DNA of 63,062 bases, filler included, from Rhabdomonas costata (Eukaryota), in the NCBI GenBank assembly GCA_019059605.1. It is 56 parts of 56 records of this genome, joined end to end, with 100 filler letters (N's around TTAATTAATTAA, not from the genome) between each part and the next. Parts side by side here need not be neighbours in the genome. Positions count along the whole stretch, not along the records: positions 12,413 to 13,439 come from JAHMHO010032645.1; positions 13,540 to 14,568 come from JAHMHO010032646.1; positions 14,669 to 15,696 come from JAHMHO010032647.1; positions 15,797 to 16,809 come from JAHMHO010032648.1; positions 16,910 to 17,937 come from JAHMHO010032649.1; positions 18,038 to 19,065 come from JAHMHO010032650.1; positions 19,166 to 20,192 come from JAHMHO010032651.1; positions 20,293 to 21,320 come from JAHMHO010032652.1; 48 more parts are not named here. The stretch is one strand, 5' to 3'. Made by a program: the position numbers and the translations under genes. A model generated the notes under the pieces. That model was not told where the DNA came from. It did no database searches and worked only from the letters and a program-made list of their open reading frames with translations. This document shows, piece by piece, positions 12,715 to 24,871 of the stretch. Each line of letters starts with the position of its first letter. The stretch's first letter is position 1.

Positions 12715-13285
12715 TGAGGGCCTTGCTTTCACCGCCGCCCGCGCACCTTTTCACCCACATATCTTCCGTCTCTGTTAGAACTGAACTTTGCACAGCTGCT
12801 GTGATAAGGCGATTGTTGGATTATTGGCTGGTCTGCGAGCAGGTCATTTGAACGAAAGGGAAACAACACGGAGGAAAATGCACACTGATCCTCCCTTGCC
12901 GCTGTGGCCAGAACGACGCTGTCTGTGGTGACTTCATGAATTTGGCTGAAGGCGACCAAGAGCAATGGTACGTGCGCTCCATCAGGCCCCTGCAAATTGG
13001 AGCAGAGGCTAAGTTATGCCTAATGTGAGGACTGCAAGCATGCTAATGGGGTTCCGATGGTTTTAGGTGTGCTTTTTTTTACACTTTCTGCCTTATCTTC
13101 TGTCTCCTTCTCACCTTTTCCAGCTTGAACCCCCTTTCGAGAAAATTTTCGGGAGAGATTCTAGTCAGTGCTGAGCAAGCCGCCGTTGGATTGGAGAGCG
13201 ACGAGGCTTACCTTTTGGTTAACCAACCACCTCGAAGCAGGAATTGGCATATCTTGCGAGTTCTTATACTTTTAGTTCTGAAGTG

Positions 13286-13387
13286 ATGAGCTGCGCCACC
13301 GAGAACCTTCCCGTGGATATTCTTCGACTGGTTTTCGGCTTCGCTCGGAGTCATTACCCGGTCTGCTGTACCTGCAGGGTTTGGAGG
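13286..13387 (+). CDS. N-terminal F-box motif of a protein truncated by a fold-back artefact
   Basis: MSCATENLPVDILRLVFGFARSHYPVCCTCRVWR fits the F-box consensus LP.EIL..IF.....VC+.W. Confidence 0.55.
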
Positions 13388-14072
13388 ACCCTGCAGGTAC
13401 AGCAGACCGGGTAATGACTCCGAGCGAAGCCCAAAACCCNNNNNNNNNNNNNNNNNNNNNNNNNNNNNNNNNNNNNNNNNNNNTTAATTAATTAANNNNN
13501 NNNNNNNNNNNNNNNNNNNNNNNNNNNNNNNNNNNNNNNGGGGGTGTGTGTGTGTGTGTGTGTGTGTGCCGTTGCTGTCTTCTCCACCTTCTCCTTTTCG
13601 CCATATATGTTGGTTGTTTGTGTAACTGAAACCGAACATTCGCCCTCCTCTGCTCTATCCTGCAAGCTGTCGACATTTTGTGCTACTTTTTTTTGCTTTC
13701 TGTTTAATCAGAACCATAGATGTGTGTCTGTTGATGGCAAGCAGGGTAACTCAGTCATGAAAAGAAGGAGAAGACACTCCGCCCTTTGAACCTAAACACC
13801 TAAACATTCTCCCCACACAATGCTGGTGGTCGGGAGAAGGTTGCTAGAAAATTCATTGAGGGCTGAAGAGAGCGGGGTAGGGGAGGGGGGTAGGCTCGGG
13901 TGCCACGTAAACTCATTCCGAACGCAAGTGTGGATCTAGTTGCCTCCCTTCGAACACTATTTATTGGGGGGGGGGCGAAAGAAATACTGAAGGGGGGAAT
14001 TCTCCTGATACCACACACACATACAGTGTGGCTAATCTTCCTGCTTTGCTGACCTGCCCCCCTCCCCCCCAG

Positions 14073-14405
14073 GTTTATCTCACCAGCAACGCGCAGTGGC
14101 AGGCGCACGACCAGGCCAACAAGGAGTGCTGGACCCTCCACGAGGAGTCCATCATCGCCTGCCTGCAGGCCTTCATACAGGCGCGTGGGGCGACTGCCGC
14201 GGTGGGCCTGCAAGAGTTCATTCAGGCATACCCCTCGCTGGGTGGCTGCGGTGGGGAGCCCCACCCTCCGCTGCCCGCGCGGGGGGACCTGGTGCGGCTG
14301 CTGCGGCGGCACCACTACGACGTGGACCCATCCCAGGGGTTCCGCATCATTGCCCCCGAGAAGAAGAAGAAGGAGAACCCGATTCAGAAGCTTAAGGAGA
14401 AACCC
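14073..14405 (+). CDS. Internal exon (111 codons) of an unknown protein
   Basis: Pyrimidine tract + AG before 14073, GTAAG donor at 14406, open frame with strong GC3 bias. Confidence 0.7.
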
Positions 14406-15325
14406 GTAAGTTTTCTGATAACTCGTCTATTTAATTCGGTTGCTTGATAATTGCTCTCATGGTTTGATGTTAATTAAATAAATCTAGATCTTGTTAAATA
14501 ATCTTAATTAGCCAAGTAGCGTAATTAATTTAATTAACATCAAACCATGAGAGCAATTACCAAACCCCNNNNNNNNNNNNNNNNNNNNNNNNNNNNNNNN
14601 NNNNNNNNNNNNTTAATTAATTAANNNNNNNNNNNNNNNNNNNNNNNNNNNNNNNNNNNNNNNNNNNNGGTGTGGGGGGCGCTGCTTCAGCGGCGCAGGG
14701 GGGAGCCGCCCCAGCTGTGCACAGCTGGCCAGCACGGCGCTGCTTATGGTGACGTGGGGCGTGACGCGGTGGTTCAACAGCCGAGCTTTATTTTTGTTCA
14801 GGGAGAAAATCTGCACTGGTCAATATTTCGCAGCCATGCTGGATATGAAGATGTCCTGCCAATGGCATCCTGCCTTCCTGGGTTGAAATGCAATGATTGC
14901 AGAAACGCAAACTGCCGGGGGTGCATGTTTTTTCTTAAGACTTTCCGTTGCTCTGACGATTCTCACTTGCAAAAGCACTGAAGGGAAAGAGCAACCATCA
15001 CTCATTCTTTCGCGAGAATATCCGGGGGGAAGGGGTGATCACAAAAACCTGGAAGCCGGCTGTCCACGGGAACCACCGTGATGTTCAGCGTTCGTCCCTG
15101 GATGAGGCCAAACCGTAATCCGCTGACAAAGGTACAATGATATGGTCTGGAACCGTACCACACCCCACCTACCACCAACCCTGCGGCATGTCAACGAGAC
15201 TTCCCTCTAACATGGGATTGGCGCCTCCAGTCATGCCCCATTGCCAGCTAGAAGCCTCGCAAAGGAAGCCACAACACTCAGCCCAAGGTCCCAAACTTGG
15301 GTCTTCAGGTCGTGCCGCGGCACAC

Positions 15326-15535
15326 CGTCTTGGCATAGGCCTCCGCGAAGGTCATGCCCAGGGTCAGGCGGTTCACCACGACCTCCAGCCCCTCCATCGG
15401 CAACACGGCCTGCTGCGAGACCAGCCGCAGCACCATGTACACGGGCTTCGCAGGCAGGCGCAGGAGGTCCAGCACGCTGCCTCCCCCAGAGTCCACGGTG
15501 AACTGCCGCGCAAGCTGTTCCACTGTGAGCAAGTC
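15326..15535 (-). CDS. Internal exon (70 codons) of an unknown protein
   Basis: ccacAG|DLLTVEQLARQF...MTFAEAYAKT|GTGTG; GC3-rich. Confidence 0.6.
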
Positions 15536-15950
15536 CTGTGGAAAAGGAAAGCCCACAAAAAGCCACCAGACCCAGGGTTCACGATATTGCGAGAGCTGAC
15601 TGTGTTAATTTCAGTTGCGGCAAAAAGGGGGCTCATACACACTGTCTCCGGCATGCGAACACAACCACAGGAACACAAAGGGGTGAGGCACAACTGNNNN
15701 NNNNNNNNNNNNNNNNNNNNNNNNNNNNNNNNNNNNNNNNTTAATTAATTAANNNNNNNNNNNNNNNNNNNNNNNNNNNNNNNNNNNNNNNNNNNNTGTT
15801 TGGGGGGTGGTGGGAAAAAGAGAAGAAAAACAGCAGCTAAAGCACTGAAATGAGAAGAACTGCATGAGCCTTTTTCCGGTTATAACGACACAGTGTCCTG
15901 TCTCATTTTCACTGAGAATGAGAATAATGGGACATGGGGAGGGGGCATAC

Positions 15951-16171
15951 TTCTCTACAATATCCCCGATGGGGGGGCCGGCGCTTACGTCCAACTCTCC
16001 GCCGACGAAGGTGGGCATGTACTGGGAGCCAAAACGCTCCAGGAGAGTGACAGGGGTCAGAAAAGAGATCCTCAGCCCCGTGGCATGGGCCAGGGTGGTG
16101 ATGCCCTTGCGCACAAAGGCACCTGTGTGGTACAGCACCACAGTCCGGATGTGCGAAAGCAGCGGCGAACG
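15951..16171 (-). CDS. Exon encoding a CRAL-TRIO/Sec14-like domain C-terminus
   Basis: RSPLLSHIRTVVLYHTGAFVRKGITTLAHATGLRISFLTPVTLLERFGSQYMPTFVGGELD resembles the I.F....L...I....LP...GG end of CRAL-TRIO domains; bounded by AG and GT. Confidence 0.45.
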
Positions 16172-18037
16172 CTGATGGTTGAAAAGAAACAGCAAAGTGG
16201 CAACTCCCGCAGCATCCCACGCACAGCATCCAAGTCATTTCTAAGGGAGACTACAAAAGGATAATCACCTTGAGCACCAGCGCGCTGTTTGCACAGGGAA
16301 TTTGCATATTTCAGTTTTGGAGGAGTTCCTCGGCGGACTTCTGATCAGCTGTGTATTTTTTCAGCTGTGTATGAGTTTGAGTTATTCCAAATATACATTA
16401 TAAATGGGACATCTGTTGAAGCTTCCCTGGAGACCGTTTAAGGGTCATTTCACACACGCGTCATTGTTTGTGGTTGCTCGACACACCCCAGGCGCAGCAC
16501 ATCAGAAGCTCCGAGTAGAACTTTGGGAAGGAGCGGCCGAGGACACCACTGAACATCTTAGCTTGCGCCCGCAACTCCATGGTGCTGGGCATGTCCCCTT
16601 CAGACATGTCAACAACCAGCTCGACGGATTTTCCGTCACCCTCCAGTTCCTAAAACCAGTCCCAAATCCGCATTCCAAACACAGCAAAAATCGACACACA
16701 CAGACCTAACGGGAAAATGTCCGTGTTTCTTTCCGTAACGAAACGTAGTGTAGTGTAGGGTTTAGATACGAGAAAAACGGGAAAATGTCCGTGTGTGTTC
16801 CCGTAACGANNNNNNNNNNNNNNNNNNNNNNNNNNNNNNNNNNNNNNNNNNNNTTAATTAATTAANNNNNNNNNNNNNNNNNNNNNNNNNNNNNNNNNNN
16901 NNNNNNNNNCTGGTTCACGGATGTGCTGTTGGTGGTTTTGGCGCAATTTGTTTTCAAAAGGATCCATGGGAAAGAATCAAATCAAATACAAGGCCAAGGA
17001 GGAAAGAAAAAAGAAAGCAAGGAAGAAACCACGGACTGGCGAAAAAAGCGTGAACGCCGAGAGTGGATGGTGCACTTTTTCCCTTAAATCAACCATGCAA
17101 AATTGCGTAGCGCAAAAAATTTTAACACAGGCACGCAGGAAAACGAAGTAAACAAGAGACTGGATTGCAACAAGTGGCTTGCAGTGTCAAAAACCAGCCA
17201 TTTTCACATATAAGCATCAGGTAGCCAAGCCTCATATTGTGGTGTTAGTAACTAATGTCATATCAGCCAACCACCATCTATTGATGTTATGGGCATAAAG
17301 TACATGTCCTGTTGCACGGCTCTTGCTATAGCGTAAAATTGCCTAGTTTTTGTTTTGATAGTGGTGTTGGCTATACCGCCATCATACAGATAGTGCTACG
17401 GTGGTAGTGTAAATGCGCACATACACCTATGGTAATAAGCTCGTGGCGTTGTATTAGTTAAGTCCCATGTGTCCCAGAACAATGAATCAGCTTATGCCCG
17501 CTAGGTGTTGATGCTCGCTAGGGCGTAAAATCTCTGAAGGCACAATAGAAAAGCCACCACCTCCCTTTCAGTCTACATCTGACTTGATATTGTCGGTGCG
17601 TTGCGTGAGACGGGATAAAACCATTTCAGATATATATCCAATGTGTTTGCGATCTTGCAGATGCAACAGCAAATCACTCAAACTAATTTTGGAACTGGCG
17701 AGATAAGCATACGGCCTCGATACCACAAAGAGAAAGATGGATTTGCACAAATGTATTCTCCGGGTATGATGGCTTTGGGGGACTTTTACCAGGTCGTGTG
17801 TATTAACTCATTCTAGTTGTAGTGGCTTAAAAAAAGGTATAGGGCATTTTCCCGTTCACTGCGTTCCTTCCTACCGCCGGAATGGAACGCAGTGAACGGG
17901 AAAATGCCCTATACCTTTTTTTAAGCCACCACCACCCNNNNNNNNNNNNNNNNNNNNNNNNNNNNNNNNNNNNNNNNNNNNTTAATTAATTAANNNNNNN
18001 NNNNNNNNNNNNNNNNNNNNNNNNNNNNNNNNNNNNN

Positions 18038-18900
18038 TTGTTTTTGTGCAAGAGCTGTGCAAGGTCTCGAACGAGGAGATCGAGGGGCCTTCTCCGCGGG
18101 TGTTTAGCATGCAGAAGCTGATCGAGGTCGCTGACCTCAACATGGACCGCATCCGCCTAGTCTGGAGCAAAATCTGGAACTTCATCTCCAAGCACTTTGT
18201 CACGGTACGCGTGTGTGTCTTGGCGTTCACAAATGCGCGCTAACCTTTCCGCGCGGTGTTTCATATTGGTTTCCTTGGCTGGTGTTGCATATGCTTAGTC
18301 TGTGCAACTGTTTACTTTTACCCTTTGTGACACAACACACACAGGTTTCTTCCTCGTCTTGTGCTTGGGCCCTCGCTGCAGTTCGCAGATGAATTCATGA
18401 TATTGCATAACATTACTTTTTTACACCGATTTGGTGTTGAAGAGCTGTGGGAAACCCAAAGGACAGCCTTGCAGGGACAATAATGAATGTGGCTACAGAC
18501 GAGGCCGTGATCCGATGCATAGATTTTAAGGAGATAGGACCTGCGCGCTGCCACCTCCGCACCTCTGGCTTTTTGACACTTTTTAGGCCATGCCCCCGAT
18601 CGGCCCCTTTTCCTTTACGAATCCAAAGCCGCAAACTCGGTTTCAGTGGAGGTTTGTTTCCTTGGGCGTCTTCTGCGGCTGATGTCTCTGTTAGGCGCTT
18701 TTGGGGTTGATGGTGGCGCACAGGTGGGGAGTCACCCCACCCTCTTTGTGGCGATGTTTGCGATTGACTCTCTGAAGCAGCTGGCGATGAAGTTCCTGCA
18801 GAAGCAGGAGCTGGCAAACTTCCAGTTCCAGAGGGATTTCCTGCAGCCCTTTGACGCCATTCTCGCCAACAATGCCGACAAGATCGAAGTCCGGGACTTG
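18038..18900 (+). CDS. BIG1/BIG2/Sec7-type large ARF guanine-nucleotide exchange factor, HDS region, two exons (18038-18204, 18724-18900)
   Basis: ELCKVSNEEI...PRVFSMQKLIEVADLNMDRIRLVWSKIWNFISKHFVT|VGSHPTLFVAMFAIDSLKQLAMKFLQKQELANFQFQRDFLQPF, highly characteristic of BIG/Sec7; in-frame GT(18205)-AG(18723) intron. Confidence 0.93.
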
Positions 18901-20916
18901 GTCGCATTCCCCGCCCCTGCCCTCCCACCTCGCTTGTTTACCCTCGCTTGTTGTCACTGCCCTACTCCACAAGTGCCTAGAACCACACACACCAGGGAAT
19001 TCCACAATTCTTATCCTTCGTCTGAGCTTGGCTCAAAAATGGGCTGTCTGTGAGGACCAACCAACNNNNNNNNNNNNNNNNNNNNNNNNNNNNNNNNNNN
19101 NNNNNNNNNTTAATTAATTAANNNNNNNNNNNNNNNNNNNNNNNNNNNNNNNNNNNNNNNNNNNNCACATAAGTAAAATAGCAGGTTGGGAGCACCGCAG
19201 TTGCATTGGCAGAGTTGGTAATTGCCGATTGTCTGCTCTGCCTCCTCTTCCGTGCACAATTTCCCCAGTTCAGCGAGGGGATCCACCAAAAATGGCTCTG
19301 GGACGAAGTCAACGGTGCGCGCGGCCCTCGGGCTTAGAGTGGCTCCGTTCCCTCGTTTCCCTGTCTTCGGGATTTTGGCTGGCAGGTCGATTAAAGACTC
19401 CAGATTAACGAGATAAATGGTGAATTGGTCCATCCTGGAGTTTGGCTGCTCCCGTTGCTGCCATCGCCCGCGGCGCACGAAGAAGGGAAACTGCTGCCAG
19501 TCTCGATCAGTGCTGAGCGCGCCCAAAATTCAATTCAACAGGAGGTCATTGTGATAACTTCCCAGAGCTGTCTGCTTAAAATGGTCCCCAGTTTCCTTTG
19601 GTGAAGCATGAGAAGGAAGGTGAGTGCGCGGAGAGAAGTTCTCAACTCACTTTCCTCACTTTTCGTGTGCAAGCCCTCTGCATCAGGCATCACAATCATC
19701 ACAATTATGCACTTGAATCCAAGAAAGTGACCTTCAATTTGCAAAGGCAAGCCCAATGCATCAAGGCATCCCGCGCAAAACGGCCGGCGGGACAGTGCAG
19801 CTATGATGCACATTCCACCGTGTGGGTGCTTTTCCGATGATGTTAAAGACGGTGAGAGATTTCTGCAACACCGCAACCTTGCACCGTGTCTTCCGGTGTC
19901 AAGCGCCTCTTCAACGAGTGCATTGACCTGCGTCTTTTGGACGTTACCCTACAGCTGGCCGCTCCTTTACTGCGGCCTGCACAGCGTATTCCCACCCCCA
20001 CTGCTCAATAACCATCCAATTCAAAACAATAATTAGAACAATGTTTCGAACAATCTTATCACTTGCCTTTATGAACGCACCGGCTTAGGAGGAAACAAGT
20101 GCCTTCCGAATCCGAGCGGAGTAAAAAAGAAAGAACAATCTTTGGAAGACGAAAAACAATCTCCTCACAAAGATGCAAACCTGCACCACCCCNNNNNNNN
20201 NNNNNNNNNNNNNNNNNNNNNNNNNNNNNNNNNNNNTTAATTAATTAANNNNNNNNNNNNNNNNNNNNNNNNNNNNNNNNNNNNNNNNNNNNCAACACGG
20301 CGCTTGGGTTTCCGGGGAAGAACTGCAAGTGCGGCTTGTGCGGCACCTCCTTGAGTTCTTTGGGGCAATCTTTCTCTTTTTTTTTTTTTTGCTGAGGGTA
20401 ACCAGCAATTTTTTTTCTGGAAGCATGACCATGCCTACCGGCCAAAGAGTGGGGCGCCGTATTTGAATGTGCCCAGACCCGAGTGTGTCATCAACCCAAT
20501 GCAGCGCTGTTGTCGACAAGGTTCACACTTGCCAATTGTGCGCAAGTACGGCTTTTTCTTCTGTTGTTTGATATCTCGTTAAAGTCGTTTTTAGCGGTGG
20601 ACACCGATAACATTTTTTTTTGGGAGGGATGACCACCTACCTGATCAATGGGACTGAGTGGGGAGCTTGATTTGAGTGTGCCCAGCTCCCTATGGTTCAA
20701 CGGCATACGAGGCTGCTGATGTAAGTTTTGTTTCTTGCCCGGTGCGTGGAGTCGTGAATAGTTTACTTGCGTAGCCCCATGCCAGCGGCCTTTTATAGAA
20801 GCAGAGGGTTCATATTTCCCCATTCTTTTAAGTTTAGCTTTCCCTCACACCCTTTATGGCATCAGTGGCTTCGTGCTATGGGTTCATATAACCCCCTATC
20901 TCTGTGCCCACCACAG

Positions 20917-21225
20917 CAACCCTGGACAATCCTTGTACGCGATGGATTCTAACCTGCACCCCAACTACAGCAGCGTGATCAACGTGAACGCCGGGTATCG
21001 GATCAGCACGGCCGCTCAGGTGGTCACCGGGGCTGTTGCTCGGGCTGCCCGCCTGAACTGGCGCAGCACTCCCGCGGACCCCTTTAACCAGGGCTACGCA
21101 GACATTCTTTTCGGCAGCACCATCCCGACCTTCCTGGTGTTGCAGCTTAATCTGTGCATGGTGGATGATCAGGGGCAGTGCATTGGGCAGTTCGGCCGCG
21201 GGCTGCTGCTGCAGTTCCTGGGAAG
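20917..21225 (+). CDS. Exon encoding a possible extracellular Cache-like sensor domain
   Basis: W....DPFNQGYADILFGSTIPTFLVLQLNLCMVDDQGQCIGQFGRGLLLQFL resembles the Cache pattern Y.D...G..LV.....V.D..G..IG..G....L..L; bounded by AG and GT, GC3-rich. Confidence 0.4.
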
Positions 21226-21912
21226 GTGGGAGTGAGTGGAGTGGGGACAAAGGAAGAGGGATAGTAGGGCGAGCCTGTTCCTTTGTCCCCACTCCACTCA
21301 CTCCCACCTTCCCAAAAAACNNNNNNNNNNNNNNNNNNNNNNNNNNNNNNNNNNNNNNNNNNNNTTAATTAATTAANNNNNNNNNNNNNNNNNNNNNNNN
21401 NNNNNNNNNNNNNNNNNNNNGGTTGGTTTTACGATCCGGAGAGCGGTTGTGGAGAAGAAACATGGCGGAGTTCGAGGAGAAAGGCATTTCAGGGGCAGCG
21501 GTGCTCTTCTTCGTTTTTTCCACGTGATGCGCGTCCGTGCGCCCATTCACTCGGTGCACGCGTTTTTACAGTTTGCTGCGGGACACGTTACCCACGATGG
21601 TCGATTATCGCTGTTTGAACTGATTACCGTTTGATTTTTTTCTTGCCCATTTTGGGAATTAAAGAGGGCGAAATGGAAGTGTTGTTGACGGAAGCCGAAG
21701 TATTTCAATGGAAAGTTGTGCAAAAAAAATTCCTACAAATGGGAGCTTCCGAAAGAGTTTCTTCACTCTTCACACAGTTTTTCGCACTTCTTTCGCTCTC
21801 AGCTCACTTTATCTTTTCACGCTCATTAGTTGGGCGCGCGGAGGAGCGGGGTCCGCGATTGGGCCCTCGCCCACTGGGTTCACGCAGAAGAGATCTGCTG
21901 CACATATTTGAA

Positions 21913-22188
21913 ATGTCTGTTGTTCGTCCTGTGATGCCGTCGTTCAACGCGAGCTGCGAGCCACTTCATCCTAGCAGCAGTTCGCCTCGGGAATCCTTGC
22001 CACGAAGAACTGAAGAGCTTCTGCCACAACCGTGGCGAAAGGCCCCCAGAGTCTCATTGAAGCTTGTTTTTGTTGTGTCCATGTGCCTATTCACGGGAGC
22101 TCCGGCAATCTCGCTGTGGATGGTGTCTTGGATGACTGCCAATCGTGGCATCGGTAGGGTGCATAGCTTGGGCCAAAGCTCCGTTGAG
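21913..22188 (+). CDS. First exon of a membrane protein (N-terminal TM segment)
   Basis: MSVVRP...PRVSLKLVFVVSMCLFTGAPAISLWMVSW...GQSSVE|GTGTGT; hydrophobic stretch followed by a donor. Confidence 0.4.
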
Positions 22189-23771
22189 GTGTGTTGAGGT
22201 GTAAAGCGAGAGGCTGTTCACTTTTTTGCAGCCTGCAGATTGTGTTGCTAAATTCTTTTTTCCACTTTTCAAGCGACTGGCGAATTGGTATTGTTCATGT
22301 CTGATGACTCACATCACAGTTTGTGGGTTGAATTTTGCCGTTCTCGCCATCCAGTGCCAACTGCACCATCTGATACCTTTTGCCTGTCTTCGGATTTTGC
22401 CCACACTGTGATGTGAGTCATCACACACAACCCAAACACACCTAACACNNNNNNNNNNNNNNNNNNNNNNNNNNNNNNNNNNNNNNNNNNNNTTAATTAA
22501 TTAANNNNNNNNNNNNNNNNNNNNNNNNNNNNNNNNNNNNNNNNNNNNTTGTGGTTTTCCACGTTTTGGTGAGCAAGGTGAATTGTTCAGTTATTTTTCT
22601 CATTGGTGACTTTGCTGACGAAACACTTCTTCCACCAGTGGTGGAAGTGGTGATTACTTTTTGTCTTTTTGTGTAGTATTGGGTGGCATTCAGAGATGCT
22701 CCCAAATGAGAGCATTTCTGTTCAAAAGTCGTCATTGAAAATTGCGTGTGCTGCATTCTTCTTCTTCAGTAAGGTTGGAGCAACCTCCCACTCATGGGGC
22801 TGAAATCAAGCACGCGTTTCTGAGGCGCGACCTTATGACAGGATTGAGCAAACTCGATGAAACGTGACGGGACGTAGGTGTTTAAGGTTTTGTAATGATA
22901 TTTAGCCCACTTGCCACCCCCCTTGGTTTCGTACATAATCCACCCAACTGTTTTTTTTTGCTTCGTGGTCTTCTTTAGGCTTTTTAGTTGCCCATGCCGT
23001 AGGAGGGAAATTGGATGCCTGCCTGCAACAATTTCCAATATATATGTTGGAAGGTCGAAAAATCGAAAATAAAAAATACTTTTCATCGTGTTCGGGCTAA
23101 TTTTCTCTTAGTTTCTTAATTTTCTCTTACGAGAACTCATCTGTGCTGCTCATTTTAATTTCCTCTTCCAAAAATGTAAAATGAGGGGGGGGGGGTACGG
23201 AAAGCGTTGCATCTTGAGATATGCTCGGAGTTTTTCGCTGGGCTTAAAGATTCTTTTCGTTTTTAGTGCCTGCTAAAGAAAACGTCGAACCGCTGTCTGT
23301 AGTAACAAAGACTCGGAAAAATGCATAACACACACCCAAGACGTTTGCACCCCAAATAAAAAACTCGGAGAAAAGATATAAAAAAAGCGTCACGGCTGCT
23401 GTGAATTGACAGGTCTACCTAAATTAGCATAGCAGTTTGAAGTATATTGCATGCATCTTGACGAGCATATGTTTCTTTAGAAGGCCGCTAGGACGTACTT
23501 GGACCGTCGGTCCAGCAGTTGCGGTCAACTCGATAGGGTATTCAAAAGGACGTCGTCCGGTTGTTCCACCAACCACNNNNNNNNNNNNNNNNNNNNNNNN
23601 NNNNNNNNNNNNNNNNNNNNTTAATTAATTAANNNNNNNNNNNNNNNNNNNNNNNNNNNNNNNNNNNNNNNNNNNNTGTTGTGTGTGGTGTATCTGGGGG
23701 GGAAGTATGTTTTGGCGTAGCTTTTCTTTTGTTTGTGTACTCATGTACTGGTGTTTCCTTCACTTGGTCAG

Positions 23772-23825
23772 GATGGCTTGATCAGCGACAGCGAGGTGCA
23801 GGCAGCGATCAAAGCGAAGGTGGAG
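23772..23825 (+). CDS. 54-nt exon with an EF-hand-like half loop
   Basis: gtcAG|DGLISDSEVQAAIKAKVE|GTAAGT (canonical splice sites). Confidence 0.5.
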
Positions 23826-24829
23826 GTAAGTAGTTTGTACCCTGTTCGACCTATTTTTTTCATTTCTTTTACAACGAAATGTCGGCCAAGCTTGTAGATA
23901 ACATCCGATCTTAGCGGTCTTGACCAAGTACTGCACGGAGAATTTTCAGGAATAGTTTTGCGATCAATTGTGGTGCCTTTATGACGAATGCTTCTAATCT
24001 TGTTGATGTCAGACAGACAAGGTGGAGTAGAGCTGGGCATGACAGATCAGGGCGGCATTTTTTTGCTTTGCGTCTTTTCAAAATTCAAAACTCATACACA
24101 GCAGTATGTATCGGGCAATATGCCCATCCAAGCAACAGTGCGGCACGGCATGAATGCAGGAACCACCGCCAAGGCTGTGCACGGAATGGCGATGGTCGTC
24201 ACCTTTTCAAAGGCGGACGTGCGACTCTCCAGTTAAAAATGCCCCCTTGTTTTCTTTTTTTAAAGCTAAAAGCGTGACCAATATTTCTTTGTAAAACCAT
24301 GTGCTTGAAGCGGTTGCATACAAGCTGCAATGGTGTCACTCAAGGGCAGAGAGCCAACACGAGTTTTTTTCTTGCCCATGGAATTGCCAGTACATGTCTA
24401 TAACCCTCACTTTTAAGGTGACTGGGACCGGATAAATAGCAGCACCGTGGTTCTTTTCGCTTTTTCCGTGACGGAAGCTGTCAGACGATGAGGAGGGCGA
24501 GTGCTATTTTCTTTTTGCTTTTCTTTAACTTCTGCATGCTATGGTGCCACCTCTGTATGTCACTTTGTCGTTGTATCGTTGCATCGTTGAATCGTCTAGC
24601 TGAGCCCGGACTTCACCTTGCTCCACTTTCCGTCATCGCTAAGAGTCTTCAGTTGCTGTGACAATAAATTCCGGGCTCAGCTAGACGATTCAACCACACA
24701 ANNNNNNNNNNNNNNNNNNNNNNNNNNNNNNNNNNNNNNNNNNNNTTAATTAATTAANNNNNNNNNNNNNNNNNNNNNNNNNNNNNNNNNNNNNNNNNNN
24801 NGGTGGTTGTGGCTTCAAAATTAGGTAAT

Positions 24830-24831
<2 letters not shown>

Positions 24832-24866
<35 letters not shown>
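24832..24866. repeat. (TG)n microsatellite
   Basis: Directly visible; a similar run lies at about 13544-13568. Confidence 0.9.

Positions 24867-24871
<5 letters not shown>

Noticed and set aside
16708-16809. Two direct repeats of about 34 bp (AACGGGAAAATGTCCGTGT...CCGTAACGA) with a spacer of about 34 bp, CRISPR-like geometry
   Set aside because: Only two imperfect units at a contig end, in a eukaryotic context with no cas genes; more likely a tandem repeat or a chimera.
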